Origin: Eledone cirrhosa
Taxonomy: Eukaryota
Direction of reading: 5' to 3'
Assembly: GCA_964016885.1 (NCBI GenBank)
Contig: OZ024740.1
Coordinates: 17,112,001-17,176,000 of the forward strand
DNA: 64,000 nucleotides
Shown: positions 1 to 12,699 of the stretch, piece by piece
Numbering within the stretch: position 1 is the first letter of the stretch
Layout of the letters: the number at the start of each line of letters is the position of its first letter
Program-made: the position numbers and the translations under genes
Notes under the pieces: model-generated
Databases searched by the model: none
Told to the model about the DNA's origin: nothing
The model's input: the letters and a program-made list of their open reading frames with translations, nothing else

Positions 1-3000
1 ACTACTACTAGCACCACCACTACTACTAGCACCACCACTACTACTAATAGCACCACCACTACTACTAGCACCACCACTTCTACTACTAGCACCACCACTA
101 CTACTACTAGCACCACCACTACTACTAGCACCACCACCACTACTACTAGCACCACCACCACTACTACTAGCACCACCACTTCTACTACTAGCACCACCAC
201 TACTACTACTAGCACCACCACTACTACTACTAGCACCACAACCACTACTACTAGCACCACAACCACTACTACTAGCACGACTACCACTACTACTAGCACT
301 ACCACTACTACTAGCACCACCACTACTACTAGCACCACCACTACTACTAGCACCACCACTACAACTACTAGCACCACCACTACTACTACTAGCACCACCA
401 CTACTACTACTAGCACCACCACTTCTACTACTACTAGCACCACCACCACTACTACTACTAGCACCACCACCACTACTACTACTAGCACCACCACTTCTAC
501 TACTAGCACCACCACTTCTTCTACTAGCACCACCACTACTACTAACACCACCACTACTACTAACACCACCACCACTTCTACTACTAGCACCACCACTTCT
601 ACTACTAGCACCACCACCACTACTACTAGCACCACAACCACCACTACTGCTACTAGCACCACCACTACTACTAGCACCACCACCACTACTACTAGCACCA
701 CCACTACTGCTACTAGCACCACCACTACTACTAGCACCACTACCACCACTACTAGCACCACCACCACCACTACTAGCACCACCACCACTACTACTAGCAC
801 CACCACCACTACTACTAGCACCACTACTACTAGCACCACCACTACTACTACTACTAGCACCACCACTACTACTACTAGCACCACCACCACTACTACTACT
901 AGCACCACCACCACTACTACTAGCACCACCACTACTACTACTAGCACCACCACCACTACTACTACTAGCACCACCACCACTACTACTAGCACCACCACCA
1001 CTACTACTAGCACCACCACCACTACTATTAGCACCACTACTACTAGCACCACCACTACTACTACTAGCACCACCACTACTACTACTAGCACCACCACCAC
1101 TACTACTAGCACCACCACCACTACTACTACTAGCACCACCACCACTACTACTAGCACCACCACCACTACTATTAGCACCACTACTACTAGCACCACCACT
1201 ACTACTACTAGCACCACCACTACTACTACTAGCACCACCACCACTACTACTAGCACCACCACACTACTACTACTAGCACCACCACTTCTACTACTAGCAC
1301 CACTACTACTACTACTAGCACCACAACCACTACTACTAGCACCACAACCACTACTACTAGCACGACTACCACTACTACTAGCACTACCACTACTACTAGC
1401 ACCACAACCACTACTACTAGCACGACTACCACTACTACTAGCACAACCACTACTACTAGCACCACAACCACTACTACTAGCACGACTACCACTACTACTA
1501 GCACTACCACTACTACTAGCACCACCACTACTACTAGCACCACCACTACTACTAGCACCACCACTACAACTACTAGCACCACCACTACTACTATTAGCAC
1601 CACCACCACTACTACTACTAGCACCACCACACTACTACTACTAGCACCACCACTTCTACTACTAGCACCACTACTACTAGCACCACCACTACTACTACTA
1701 GCACCACCACCACTACTACTACTAGCACCACCACCACTACAACTACTAGCACCACCACTACTACTATTAGCACCACCACCACTACTACTACTAGCACCAC
1801 CACACTACTTCTACTAGCACCACCACTTCTACTACTAGCACCACCACTACTACTACTAGCACCACCACCACTACTACTACTAGCACCACCACCACTACAA
1901 CTACTAGCACCACCACTACTACTATTAGCACCACCACCACTACTACTACTAGCACCACCACACTACTACTACTAGCACCACCACTTCTACTACTAGCACC
2001 ACTACTACTAGCACCACCACTTCTACTACTAGCACCACCACTACTACTACTAGCACCACCACCACTACTACTACTAGCACCACTACTACTAGCACCACCA
2101 CTACTACTACTAGCACCACCACCACTTCTACTACTAACACCACCACCACTATTACTACTAGCACCACCACCACTACTACTACTAGCACCACTACTAGCAC
2201 CACCACCACTACTACTAGCACCACCACTACTACTACTAGCACCACCACCACTACTACTAGCACCACTACCACTACTACTAGCACCACCACCACTACTACT
2301 AGCACCACCACCACTACTACTAGCACCACTACCACTACTACTAGCACCACCACTACTACTACTACTACTAGCACCACCACCACTACTACTAGCACCACCA
2401 CCACTACTACTACTAGCACCACCACCACTACAACTAGCACCACTACTACTAGCACCACCACCACTACTACTAGCACCACTACTACTAGCACCACCACTAC
2501 TACTACTAGCACCACCACCACTACTACTAGCACCACCACCACTACTACTAGCACCACCACCACTACTACTAGCACCACTACCACTACTACTAGCACCACC
2601 ACCACTATTACTAGCACCACCACCACTACTACTAGCACCACTACCACTACTACTAGCACCACCACTACTACTACTACTACTACTAGCACCACCACCACTA
2701 CTACTAGCACCACCACCACTACTACTACTAGCACCACCACCACTACTACTAGCACCACCACCACTACTACTACTAGCACCGCCACCACTATTACTACTAG
2801 CACCACCACCACTACTACTACTAGCACCACCACCACTTCTACTACTAACACCATCACCACTATTACTACTAGCACCACTACCACTACTACTAGCACCACC
2901 ACCACTACTACTACTAGCACCACCACCACTTCTACTACTAACACCACCACCACTACTACTAGCACCACTACCACTACTACTAGCACCACCACTACTACTA

Positions 3001-3460
3001 CTACTAGCACCACCACTACTACTACTACTAGCACCACCACCACCACTACTACTAGCACCACCACCACTATTACTACTAGCACCACCACCACCACTACTAC
3101 TAGCACCACCACCACTATTACTACTAGCACCACCACCACTACTACTACTAGCACCACCACCACTACTACTACTAGCATTATCACCACCACTACTACTACT
3201 AGCACCACCACCACTACTACTACTAGCACCACCACCACCACTACTACTAGCACCACCACCACCACTACTACTAGCACCACCACCACCACTACTACTAGCA
3301 CCACCACCACTACTACTACTAGCACCACCACCACTACTACTACTAGCATTGCAATTACAATTACCACTGCAACTACTACTGGCACCACCATCATCATTGT
3401 TATTATTGTTGTCACTGCTGCTACCACCACACTACTACTACTACTACTACTACTACTAGT
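1..3460. repeat. Composite triplet microsatellite array (ACT)n-AGC-(ACC)n
   Basis: Continuous ACT/ACC/AGC triplets. The minus-strand poly-Val ORFs are translations of the repeat. Confidence 0.95.
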
Positions 3461-3680
3461 TCTATTTTCTACATGATTTACTGTGTCAGACATTAGATGC
3501 TAGTACTGTTTCTTACTGTCTCATGGGGTGGTGTCGAGGTTGGGGAGGTCAATGACTTATACATATATACATACCATGTTGTATGTATGTATATATATAC
3601 ATAGCATGTTGTATGTATGTATAATATATATATATATATACATAGCATGTTGTATGTATGTATAATATATATATATATAT

Positions 3681-3966
3681 GACAAGTAAGAATGTTTTCG
3701 AAACAGCGAGTTTGAAATTAGAAATATAAGCTATCGCCGTATTTTGACTAAAGAAATTATTTAGCCTGATAGTGGGGTTAAGAACCCTCGGAGAAATGGT
3801 AAAAGATGAGTATTGACGTACATGGGAGTCGAACCCACCTCTGCGGTTAACCAGACCACTGTGCTACCATTACACCAACACATATGTGTCTCCGAGGGTT
3901 CTTAACCCCACTATCAGGCTAAATAATTTCTTTAGTCAAAATACGGCGATAGCTTATATTTCTAAT
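3681..3966. mobile_element. Unclassified hairpin element in (TA)n: perfect 78-bp inverted repeat (3717-3794 / 3889-3966) around a tRNA-like spacer; possibly Penelope-associated
   Basis: Arms are exact reverse complements by direct comparison; TA repeats flank both sides. Confidence 0.7.
3814..3884 (-). tRNA. tRNA-like sequence / pseudo-tRNA (nominal anticodon GGT)
   Basis: Minus strand: A box TGGTGTAATGG, D stem GTGT/GCAC, anticodon stem GTGGT/ACCGC with loop CTGGTTA, T arm GTGGG-TTCGACT-CCCAT, TTTT about 10 nt downstream. Acceptor stem is weak and position 37 is T. Confidence 0.55.
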
Positions 3967-3977
3967 ATATATATATA

Positions 3978-4427
3978 TCATCACCATCATCACTCGTCGA
4001 CTACTGTCGAGATGATGGATCTCACTCTCAAGCCCCAGAATCCCCTGTCCCTCATCGCTGCCCCCAGATCCTGTCTACTGATTCCCGTATCCCTAGAGAT
4101 AACGTCAGGGAATGATAGCTTCCTACTCCTAGTCAGGCTGGAGTCAGGGTTCCAGAGCAAGAGAGCGGATATGATTTCATTGCTGGCACGGTGACAGTGG
4201 CCAGCAAATTGAGCTCTCCGGGATTTTAGAAGGGCAGAGGCTCGAGGGAGTTTGCCATAGATTTTAGACAAGGTGGGATGTCGTTTCCAGGATAGGTTTT
4301 GCACTCTCATTAAGAGGCGGGTATATGTGCCATCCAATCTCATCTCAAGTTGTGATGTTAGTGTCCAAGTTTCGGATCCATAAAGTAATATGGGCTTAAT
4401 GGTTGCTTGGAATATTTCCAGTTTTAG

Positions 4428-4430
<3 letters not shown>
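3978..4430 (-). mobile_element. 5'-truncated non-LTR retrotransposon 3' end (RTE/RTEX-like), post-RT C-terminus with (TGA)-type tail
   Basis: ORF 3990..4343 includes RRAQFAGHCHR...LLLW. Upstream codons read like KLEIFQATIKPILLYGSETW. The tail adjoins (TA)n. Confidence 0.75.
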
Positions 4431-4482
<52 letters not shown>

Positions 4483-4487
<5 letters not shown>

Positions 4488-4660
4488 AAAATGTTCAAGA
4501 GCCCGAAGACTATTTCTGGATGCAGAAATACCCGTCGAAACAGCTTGAGCTGTGCTTTCGGGGTCTTGAACATTTTCCTATTACCCACTCTACTACCCTA
4601 TGTATTGAGTACTCTGGTGCGTTATGGTCCACCTGGTTCCTTACCACACTTCCTTCGTTA
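4483..4660 (+). mobile_element. Short Penelope-like terminal-repeat fragment with degenerate type I hammerhead-like fold
   Basis: 18-bp inverted repeat 4483-4500/4564-4581 encloses CCGAAGA, hairpin TATTTCTG/CAGAAATA, GAAA, and hairpin CAGC/GCTG; flanked by (TA)n. Confidence 0.5.
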
Positions 4661-4874
4661 TATATATATCAACACAGTAAAAAGAGATGAATACTCCGAG
4701 TTACTGACATGGATATCATTGTTTGAGAAGGATTTTATGTCTTTCATCTCCCGATGGAGTGTTCCTTGGGCTTTTTAAACCTGGCAGACCCCCATCTCTC
4801 TCCAGATCTGAACACAGCTGATTTCTTCCATAGTTAGAGAGATAGAGATGAATAATCCCCCCCCCCTCCCTCCC

Positions 4875-4990
4875 AATACTGGACTGTTACTTTTCTTCTT
4901 TGGACCTCGAATGAATGAAGGGTAAAGTTGACCTCAGCTGGTTTTGAACTCAGAGACCACAGAGCTGGAAGAAATAGTGCAAAGTATTAA
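4875..4990 (-). mobile_element. Degenerate SINE family 1 fragment
   Basis: gaatgaagggtaaagttgacctcagctggttttgaactcag resembles the reverse complement of the family 1 core. Confidence 0.55.
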
Positions 4991-5388
4991 ATATTCTAAT
5001 GATTGTTGACATACTGCCTCCTCTGAGGAGTCCAAGTTAAACTCAGAGGAGCAATTATTTCTACTGCTTTTGTTCTGTTAGCCCTTCCGTTATATTTTTT
5101 CAGGGAAGTCACTGTCTGTGTTTTTAAATTGTTTTGAAAGTAAAGAATTCCGAGAGCTTTATTGTTATAACTTTCTCATTATTATGTTGGTGTTTAGAAC
5201 TAATGTTCCTATATGAAATTATGATAGAAAGTTTTTAGATAAATATAATCATTTTAGAAGAAATGGTTTTGTATCGTCAGATAATGGCAGTTTAGTATCA
5301 AAAGGTTATATAATATATATATTATATATAATGTGTGTATATACCCTGAGCCCTGTAATGGGCTTAGTCTTCTCTCTCTATACACACA

Positions 5389-5503
5389 CAGTCCTATACG
5401 AGCGAAATACGGTCACCCGTTCAATCTTGCCTCAAGTGTGACAATTCCCCTCTAACCCATGTTAGCCTGGAGGATAGACGTTAAATGATGATGATGATGA
5501 TGA
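5389..5503 (+). mobile_element. Old RTE-B-type 3' end with (TGA)n tail
   Basis: Similar to the reverse complement of 15721-15830 (cagtcctatgcgagc...cttgcctcaagtg...acccatg...gacgttaaa). Confidence 0.65.
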
Positions 5504-5789
5504 TAGTTTTTTTATTGTTTACCCAGGGTCATTGACTTAGACTTACACACATACACACTCAACTTTAGATATAAATATTTGTATATATCTATGTGTCTGT
5601 TAATGTATCAAATTAATGACTTTTATTCTCTCTCTCTACACACACACAGTTTGTTGCTGTCTCATTCCAGGTCAGCGACTTCACTGAGCACAAATAGATG
5701 TAAATATAATATAAAAATGCATGTGCACTCATGCACACTTACAAAGTATATATTATGTGTTATATAGAAATGTTATATATATATATACA

Positions 5790-6846
5790 CATCATCATCA
5801 TCATTTTACGTCAGCTTTTCCCTGCTTGCAAGGGTGGACGGGTCTTATTCAGCACAGCATCTCTCCACTTGTCACGGTCCTTCGTCATCTCCACCGTAAG
5901 CTTCAGCGATCAGAGGTCTGTTCTCACCACCTCCGCCCATGTTTTTCGTGGTCTACCTCTACCACGTCTTCCTTCAACTGGCATTTCCTGGCACTTCTTC
6001 ACCCATCGGTCATCCTCCATGCGCATCACATGTCCATACTACCTCAGTCTCCTTTCTCGCACACTACATTCTATTCCTCTCAGAGACAGTTTCTCTCTCA
6101 ACACATTGAGGCGTTCACGCACATTGACATTGCACATCCAACGGAGCATGCTTGCCTCATTTCTCTCCAGCCGTCGCATATCCTCTGCAGTTGCTGCCCA
6201 TGTCTCACTACCATGCAGCATCGCATTCCTCACACAGGCATCATATAACCGGCCTTTCGTACGTAGGGAGAAACCCTTCTTTTTCAGCAGAGGAAGCAGC
6301 TCCCTAAACTTCTTCCAACCCGTCCTTATTCTAGATACTATGGCCTCGGAACACCCCCTCCCATGCTAATCTGATCTCCTAGGTACCGGAAGCTATCCAC
6401 CACTTCTATAGCACCCGCCTGCATTTGAAAAATGTGTCTATCAATGCGACTTCTACTGTCTAATTTCCCTGTACATCTACTGCATACGTATTTCTCCCTA
6501 CCTGTTAGTTTGCCTGCTATCCCGCTACATCTCTTGTGTACCCAGGATCTGCATTGTGTGCATTTTATAGAATTTATGCCAGTTCCTTTTCTGCATATCG
6601 AACATGGCCATTTCTCTGATGGAATCAGAGTTTTGTCCTCTTTTCTACTCATCAACACATTTGTCTTAGCTAGGTTCACTCTCAGTTCTCTTGCTTCCAA
6701 CTGCTGTTTCCAGAATTTATTCTCTAGCTCCTCTACTGATTCTGGTATAAGAACCAGATCATCAGCATAGAGAAGTTCCCATGGACAGCCAGTCTTAAAC
6801 TCCTCTGTTATGGCTTAGAGGACTATAATGAACAAGAGAGGGCTGA
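5790..6846 (-). mobile_element. 5'-truncated RTE-clade LINE (family A), disrupted RT C-terminal half
   Basis: Encodes GCPWELLYADD, a Cys/His finger, SFRYLGD, MLHGSETW and GRPRKTW; has stops and frameshifts; (ATG)n tail. Confidence 0.9.
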
Positions 6847-7391
6847 ATAAGGATGGGTTGGAAGAAGTTTAGGGAGCTGCTTCCTCTGCTGACGAAGAAG
6901 GGTTTCTCCCTGCGTACAAAAGGCTGGTTATATGATGCCTGTGTGAGGAGCGCGATGCTGCATGGTAGTGAGACATGGGCAGCAACTGCAGAGGATATGC
7001 GATGGCTGGAGAGAAATGAGGCAAGCATGCTCCGTTGGATGTGCAATGTCAATGTGCGTGAACGACCCAGCATAAATGTGTTGAGACAGAAACTGTCTGA
7101 GAGGGATAGAACGTAGTGCGCGAGAGAGGAGACTGAGGTGTTATGGACATGTGATGCGCATGGAGAATGACCGATGAGTGAAGAAGTGTCAGGAAATGCC
7201 AGTTGAAGGAAGATGTGGTAGCGGTAGACCACGAAAAACATGGGCGGAGGTGGTGAGAACAGACCTCAGATCGCTGAAGCTCACGGTGGAGATGACGAAG
7301 GACCGTGACAAGTGGAGAGATGCTGTGCTGAATAAGACCCGTCCCACCCTTGCAAGCAGGGAGAAGCGGACGTAAGATGATGATGATGATG
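6845..7391 (+). mobile_element. 5'-truncated RTE-clade LINE (family A), inverted relative to the adjacent copy
   Basis: ORFs GWKKFRELLPLL...MLHGSETW and GRPRKTW; (ATG)n tail; near-identical reverse complement of 5790-6332. Confidence 0.9.
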
Positions 7392-7446
7392 TGTATATAT
7401 ATATATATATGTATATGTGTGTATATATATAAATAGATATATAGAT

Positions 7447-7771
7447 GGAGTCACATGGCTTAGTGATTAGAGCATTGGCCTTGCAATCAAAAGGTTGTGA
7501 GTTCAATTCTCAGACCGGGTGATGTGTTGTGTCCTTGAGCAAGACACTTTATTTCACATTGCTCTAGTTTACTCAGCTGTAGAAATGAGATGATAGCGAC
7601 TGTGGTCCATATCATTCCACTGCAAAGTGGACGTGGAGGCGCCACCGCAAAAAGCACCCAGCACTCACTGTAAATGAGGTTGGTGTTAGGAAGGGCATCC
7701 AGCTGTAGAAATCAAGCCAGAATCAGTTCCCGTCCCACCCTTGCAAGCAGGGAAGAAGCGGACGTAAAATG
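7447..7771 (+). mobile_element. tRNA-derived SINE family 2 (CORE-like) with RTE-A tail
   Basis: A box TGGCTTAGTGATT, B box GAGTTCAATTC, core GTGTCCTTGAGCAAGACACTT, tail cccgtcccacccttgcaagcaggg...cggacgtaaaatg. Confidence 0.8.
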
Positions 7772-7816
7772 CTGGCCCCTCTATAGGGTCTACTTGGGGT
7801 AGGGTCTCTTCTTCCC

Positions 7817-8078
7817 ATGTATATATATATATATATATATATACGTGTATATATTATATATATATGTGTATATATTATATATATATATATGTGTATATAT
7901 TATATATATATGTGTATATATTATATATATATATATGTGTATATATTATATATATATATATGTGTATATATTATATATATATATATGTGTATATATTATA
8001 TATATATATATATGTGTATATATTATATATATATATATGTGTATATATTATATATATATATATATGTGTATATATTAT

Positions 8079-8161
<83 letters not shown>

Positions 8162-8331
8162 GTGTGTGTGTATATATATATATGTGTATGTGTGTATATA
8201 TTATATATATATGTGTATATGTTATATATGTGTATATATATATAGGGAAGAGCGGACGTAAAATGATGATGAAAGACATATATATCTATATACATATGTA
8301 TGTATATGTGTATATATGTATATATATATTC

Positions 8332-8365
<34 letters not shown>
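7817..8365. repeat. (TA)n / ATATGTGTATATATT low-complexity array with an isolated RTE tail tip at ~8243-8271
   Basis: Direct inspection. Confidence 0.9.
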
Positions 8366-8373
<8 letters not shown>

Positions 8374-8375
8374 AA

Positions 8376-8747
8376 GGCACATGGCTTAGTGGTTAGGGCA
8401 TTGGGCTTGCAATCGAAAGGTTGTGAGTTCAATTGTCAGACCGGGTGATGTGTTGTTTCCTTGAACAAGACACTTTATTTCACATTGCTCCAGTTTACTC
8501 AGCTGTAGAAATAAGATGATAGAGACTGGGGTCCATATCATTCCACTGCAAAGTGGATGTGTAGGTGCCACGGAAAAAAAAAGCACCCAGCACTCACTGT
8601 AAATGAGGTTGGTGTTAGGAAGGGCATCCAGCTGTAGAAATCAAGCCAGAATCAGTTCCCGTATGAGCAAGGCATGGTCAGCTGGCCCACAACAGGACAA
8701 GCCATCTAACCCATGCTAGCATGGAAGAACGGATGTAAAACAGTGAT
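8376..8747 (+). mobile_element. tRNA-derived SINE family 2 with an alternative 3' tail
   Basis: Same head and core as 7447-7730, then diverges after aatcagttcccgt. Confidence 0.8.
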
Positions 8748-8819
8748 ATGTGTATATGATATAATATATATATGTAGTTAATTTTGTTCTCCTATCCTGG
8801 GTCAACAACTTTATTAAAC

Positions 8820-11816
8820 ACTCATATATATACACACACTCACAAATATATATACACTCACTCTCATACACACATATATACACTCACTCTCATACACACA
8901 TATATACACTCACTCTTATACACACATATATACACTCACTCTCATACACATATATACACACTCTCATACACATATATACACACTCTCATACACACATATA
9001 TATACTCTCATACACATATATACACTCACTCTCATACACATATATACACTTACTCTCATACACACATATATACACTCACTCTCATACACATATATACATT
9101 CACTCTCATACACATATATACACTCACTCTCATACACATATATACGCTCACTCTCATACACATATATACGCTCACTCTCATACACATATATACACTCACT
9201 CTCATACACATATATACACTCAATCTCATATATACATATATACACTCACTCTCATACACATATATACATATATACACTCACTCTCATACACATATATACA
9301 CTCACTCTCATACACATATATACACTCACTCTCATATATACATATATACACTCACTCTCATACACATATATGCACTCACTCTCATATACACATATATACA
9401 CTCACTCTCATATACACATATATACACTCACTCTCATATACACATATATACACTCACTCTCATATACATATATACACTCACTCTCATACACATATATACA
9501 CTCGCTCTCATATACACATATATACACTCACTCTCATATATACATATATACACTCACTCTCATACACACATATATACACTCACTCTCATACACATATATA
9601 CACTCACTCTCATACACATATATACACTCACTCTCATACACATATATACACTCACTCTCATACACATATATACACTCACTCTCATACACATATATACACT
9701 CAATCTCATATATACATATATACACTCACTCTCATACACATATATACACTCACTCTCATATATACATATATACACTCACTCTCATACACATATATACACT
9801 CACTCTCATACACATATATACACTCACTCTCATATACACATATATACACTCACTCTCATACACATATATACACTCACTCTCATATACACATATATACACT
9901 CACTCTCATATACACATATATACACTCACTCTCATATACACATATATACACTCACTCTCATACACATATATACACTCACTCTCATATACACATATATACA
10001 CTCACTCTCATACACATATATACACTCACTCTCATATATACATATATACACTCACTCTCATACACACATATATACACTCACTCTCATACACATATATACA
10101 CTCACTTTCATACACATATATACACTCACTCTCATATACACATATATACACTCACTCTCATATATACATATATACACTCTCTCATACACACATATACACT
10201 CACTCTCATATATACATATATACACTCACTCATACACATATATACACTTACTCTCATACACACATATATACACTCACTCTCATACACATATATACATTCA
10301 CTCTCATACACATATATACACTCACTCTCATACACATATATACACTCACTCTCATACACATATATACACTCACTCTCATACACATATATACACTCACTCT
10401 CATATATACATATATACACTCACTCTCATATATACATATATACACTCACTCTCATATATACATATATACACTCACTCTCATACACATATATACACTCACT
10501 CTCATACACATATATACACTCACTCTCATACACATATATACACTCAATCTCATATACACATATATACACTCGCTCTCATACACATATATACACTCACTCT
10601 CATACACACATATATACACTCACTCTCATACACATATATACACTCACTCTCATATACACTCACTCTCATACACATATATACACTCACTCTCATACACATA
10701 TATACACTCACTCTCATACACATATATACACTCACTCTCATACACATATATACACTCACTCTCATACACATATATACACTCACTCTCATACACATATATA
10801 CACTCACTCTCATACACATATATACACTCACTCTCATACACATATATACACTCACTCTCATACACATATATACACTCACTCTCATACACATATATACACT
10901 CACTCTCATACACATATATACACTCACTCTCATACACATATATACACTCACTCTCATACATATATATACACTCACTCATACACATATATACACTCACTCA
11001 TACACATATATACACTCACTCTCATACACATATAGACACTCACTCTCATACACATATAGACACTCACTCTCATACACATATATACACTCACTCTCATACA
11101 CATATATACACTCACTCTCATACACATATATACACTCACTCTCATACACATATATACACTCACTCTCATACACTTATATACACTCACTCTCATACACATA
11201 TATACACTCACTCTCATATATACATATATACACTCACTCTCATATATACATATATACACTCACTCTCATACACATATATACACTCACTCTCATACACATA
11301 TATACACTCACTCTCATACACATATATACACTCACTCTCATACACATATATACACTCACTCTCACACACATATATACACTCACTCTCACACACATATATA
11401 CACTCACTCTCATACACATATATACACTCACTCTCATACACATATATACACTCACTCTCATACACATATATACACTCACTCTCATACACATATATACACT
11501 CACTCTCATATATACATATATACACTCACTCTCATACACATATATACACTCACTCTCATACACATATATACACTCACTCTCATACACATATATACACTCA
11601 CTCTCATACACATATATACACTCACTCTCATACACATATATACACTCACTCTCATACACATATATACACTCACTCTCATACACATATATACACTCACTCT
11701 CATACACATATATACACTCACTCTCATACACATATATACACTCACTCTCATACACATATATACACTCACTCTCATACACATATATACACTTACTCTCATA
11801 CACATATATACACTCA
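8820..11816. repeat. 24-bp minisatellite CACTCACTCTCATACACATATATA (~3 kb)
   Basis: Tandem unit is visible; the ORFs have an 8-aa period. Confidence 0.95.
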
Positions 11817-11944
11817 CCAATATATATTTATGGATGGTAAATATAACTGAAATATGTTTGTTAATGAAGTCATTGACCTCGGATGAAACAGTAAGCTGTA
11901 TATGAGTGTATATAAACATTATCTGGGTGTATATATATGCAAGC

Positions 11945-12290
11945 ATTATGTGGGTGTATATATAGATATTATGTGAGTGTATATAGATATTATGTGAGTG
12001 TGTATATAGAAATTATGTGTATATAAACATGAGTGTATATATATATATATATATATAGTGTATATAAATGTTGTGTGTATGTGTATATAATGTGAGTGTG
12101 TATATAGATATGTATGTCATCATCATTGTGTATATTGATATTATGTATGTGTGTATATATAAATTATGTGAGTGTGTATATAGATATTATGTGAGTGTGT
12201 ATATAGATATTATGTGAGTGTGTATATAGATATTATGTATGTGTGTATATATAAATATGTGAGTGTGTATATAAATTATCTGTGTATATA
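11945..12290. repeat. Degenerate ~23-bp repeat TAGATATTATGTGAGTGTGTATA
   Basis: Several tandem copies around 11960-12010 and 12165-12235. Confidence 0.7.
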
Positions 12291-12490
12291 AAGAAGTAAT
12301 GACATCTCAAATACATTTTTCTTTCTAGTTTTGGAGGATTTTCTTAATTTTAGGGGGTGACGTTAATGAACTTTATCTTTGAACTCCCACCTAGACTACT
12401 GATGGGAATGGTTAAAAAGCCTGAAGGGGAGGGGGGGGGGGTTAACCAGAGTCTACTTGAAAAGAGGCTGTTCTTGGTTTGTCAGACATT

Positions 12491-12676
12491 GTGGATTGGC
12501 AGTATCGGTAGAGGGTCTGACGCCATGATTTGCAGCATAGTTACAGCCCTTTATGGTCTGAGTTCAAGTCCCGCCAAAATTAACTTTGTCTTTCATCCTT
12601 ACGAGGTCGATAAAATAAAGTACCAGTAATACACTGTGATAATTGCTGGCCTTGTGCCTAAAATAGAAACAATTAT
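12491..12676 (+). mobile_element. tRNA-derived SINE family 1 (core resembles the Meta/MESC-type domain)
   Basis: TGGCAGTATCGGT A-box-like, GAGTTCAAGTC B box, core CTTTCATCCTTACGAGGTCGATAAAATAAAGTACCAG; many copies in the window. Confidence 0.8.
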
Positions 12677-12699
12677 ATATAGTGTTTCCCTCACATTAT

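Noticed and set aside
1250-3493. Poly-Val membrane-like ORFs
   Set aside because: Antisense reading of the ACT/ACC microsatellite.
3814-3884. Functional tRNA-Thr(GGT) gene
   Set aside because: Acceptor stem is mostly G-T pairs plus a mismatch, position 37 is T, and GGT is atypical for eukaryotic Thr tRNAs. Kept only as tRNA-like.
5721-7241. Overlapping antisense ORFs (175, 212, 112 and 148 aa) as novel genes
   Set aside because: Shadow frames of the RTE coding strand.
8784-11850. 1018-aa and 826-aa His/Tyr/Thr-rich ORFs
   Set aside because: Translations of a 24-bp minisatellite that is open in several frames; no domain.
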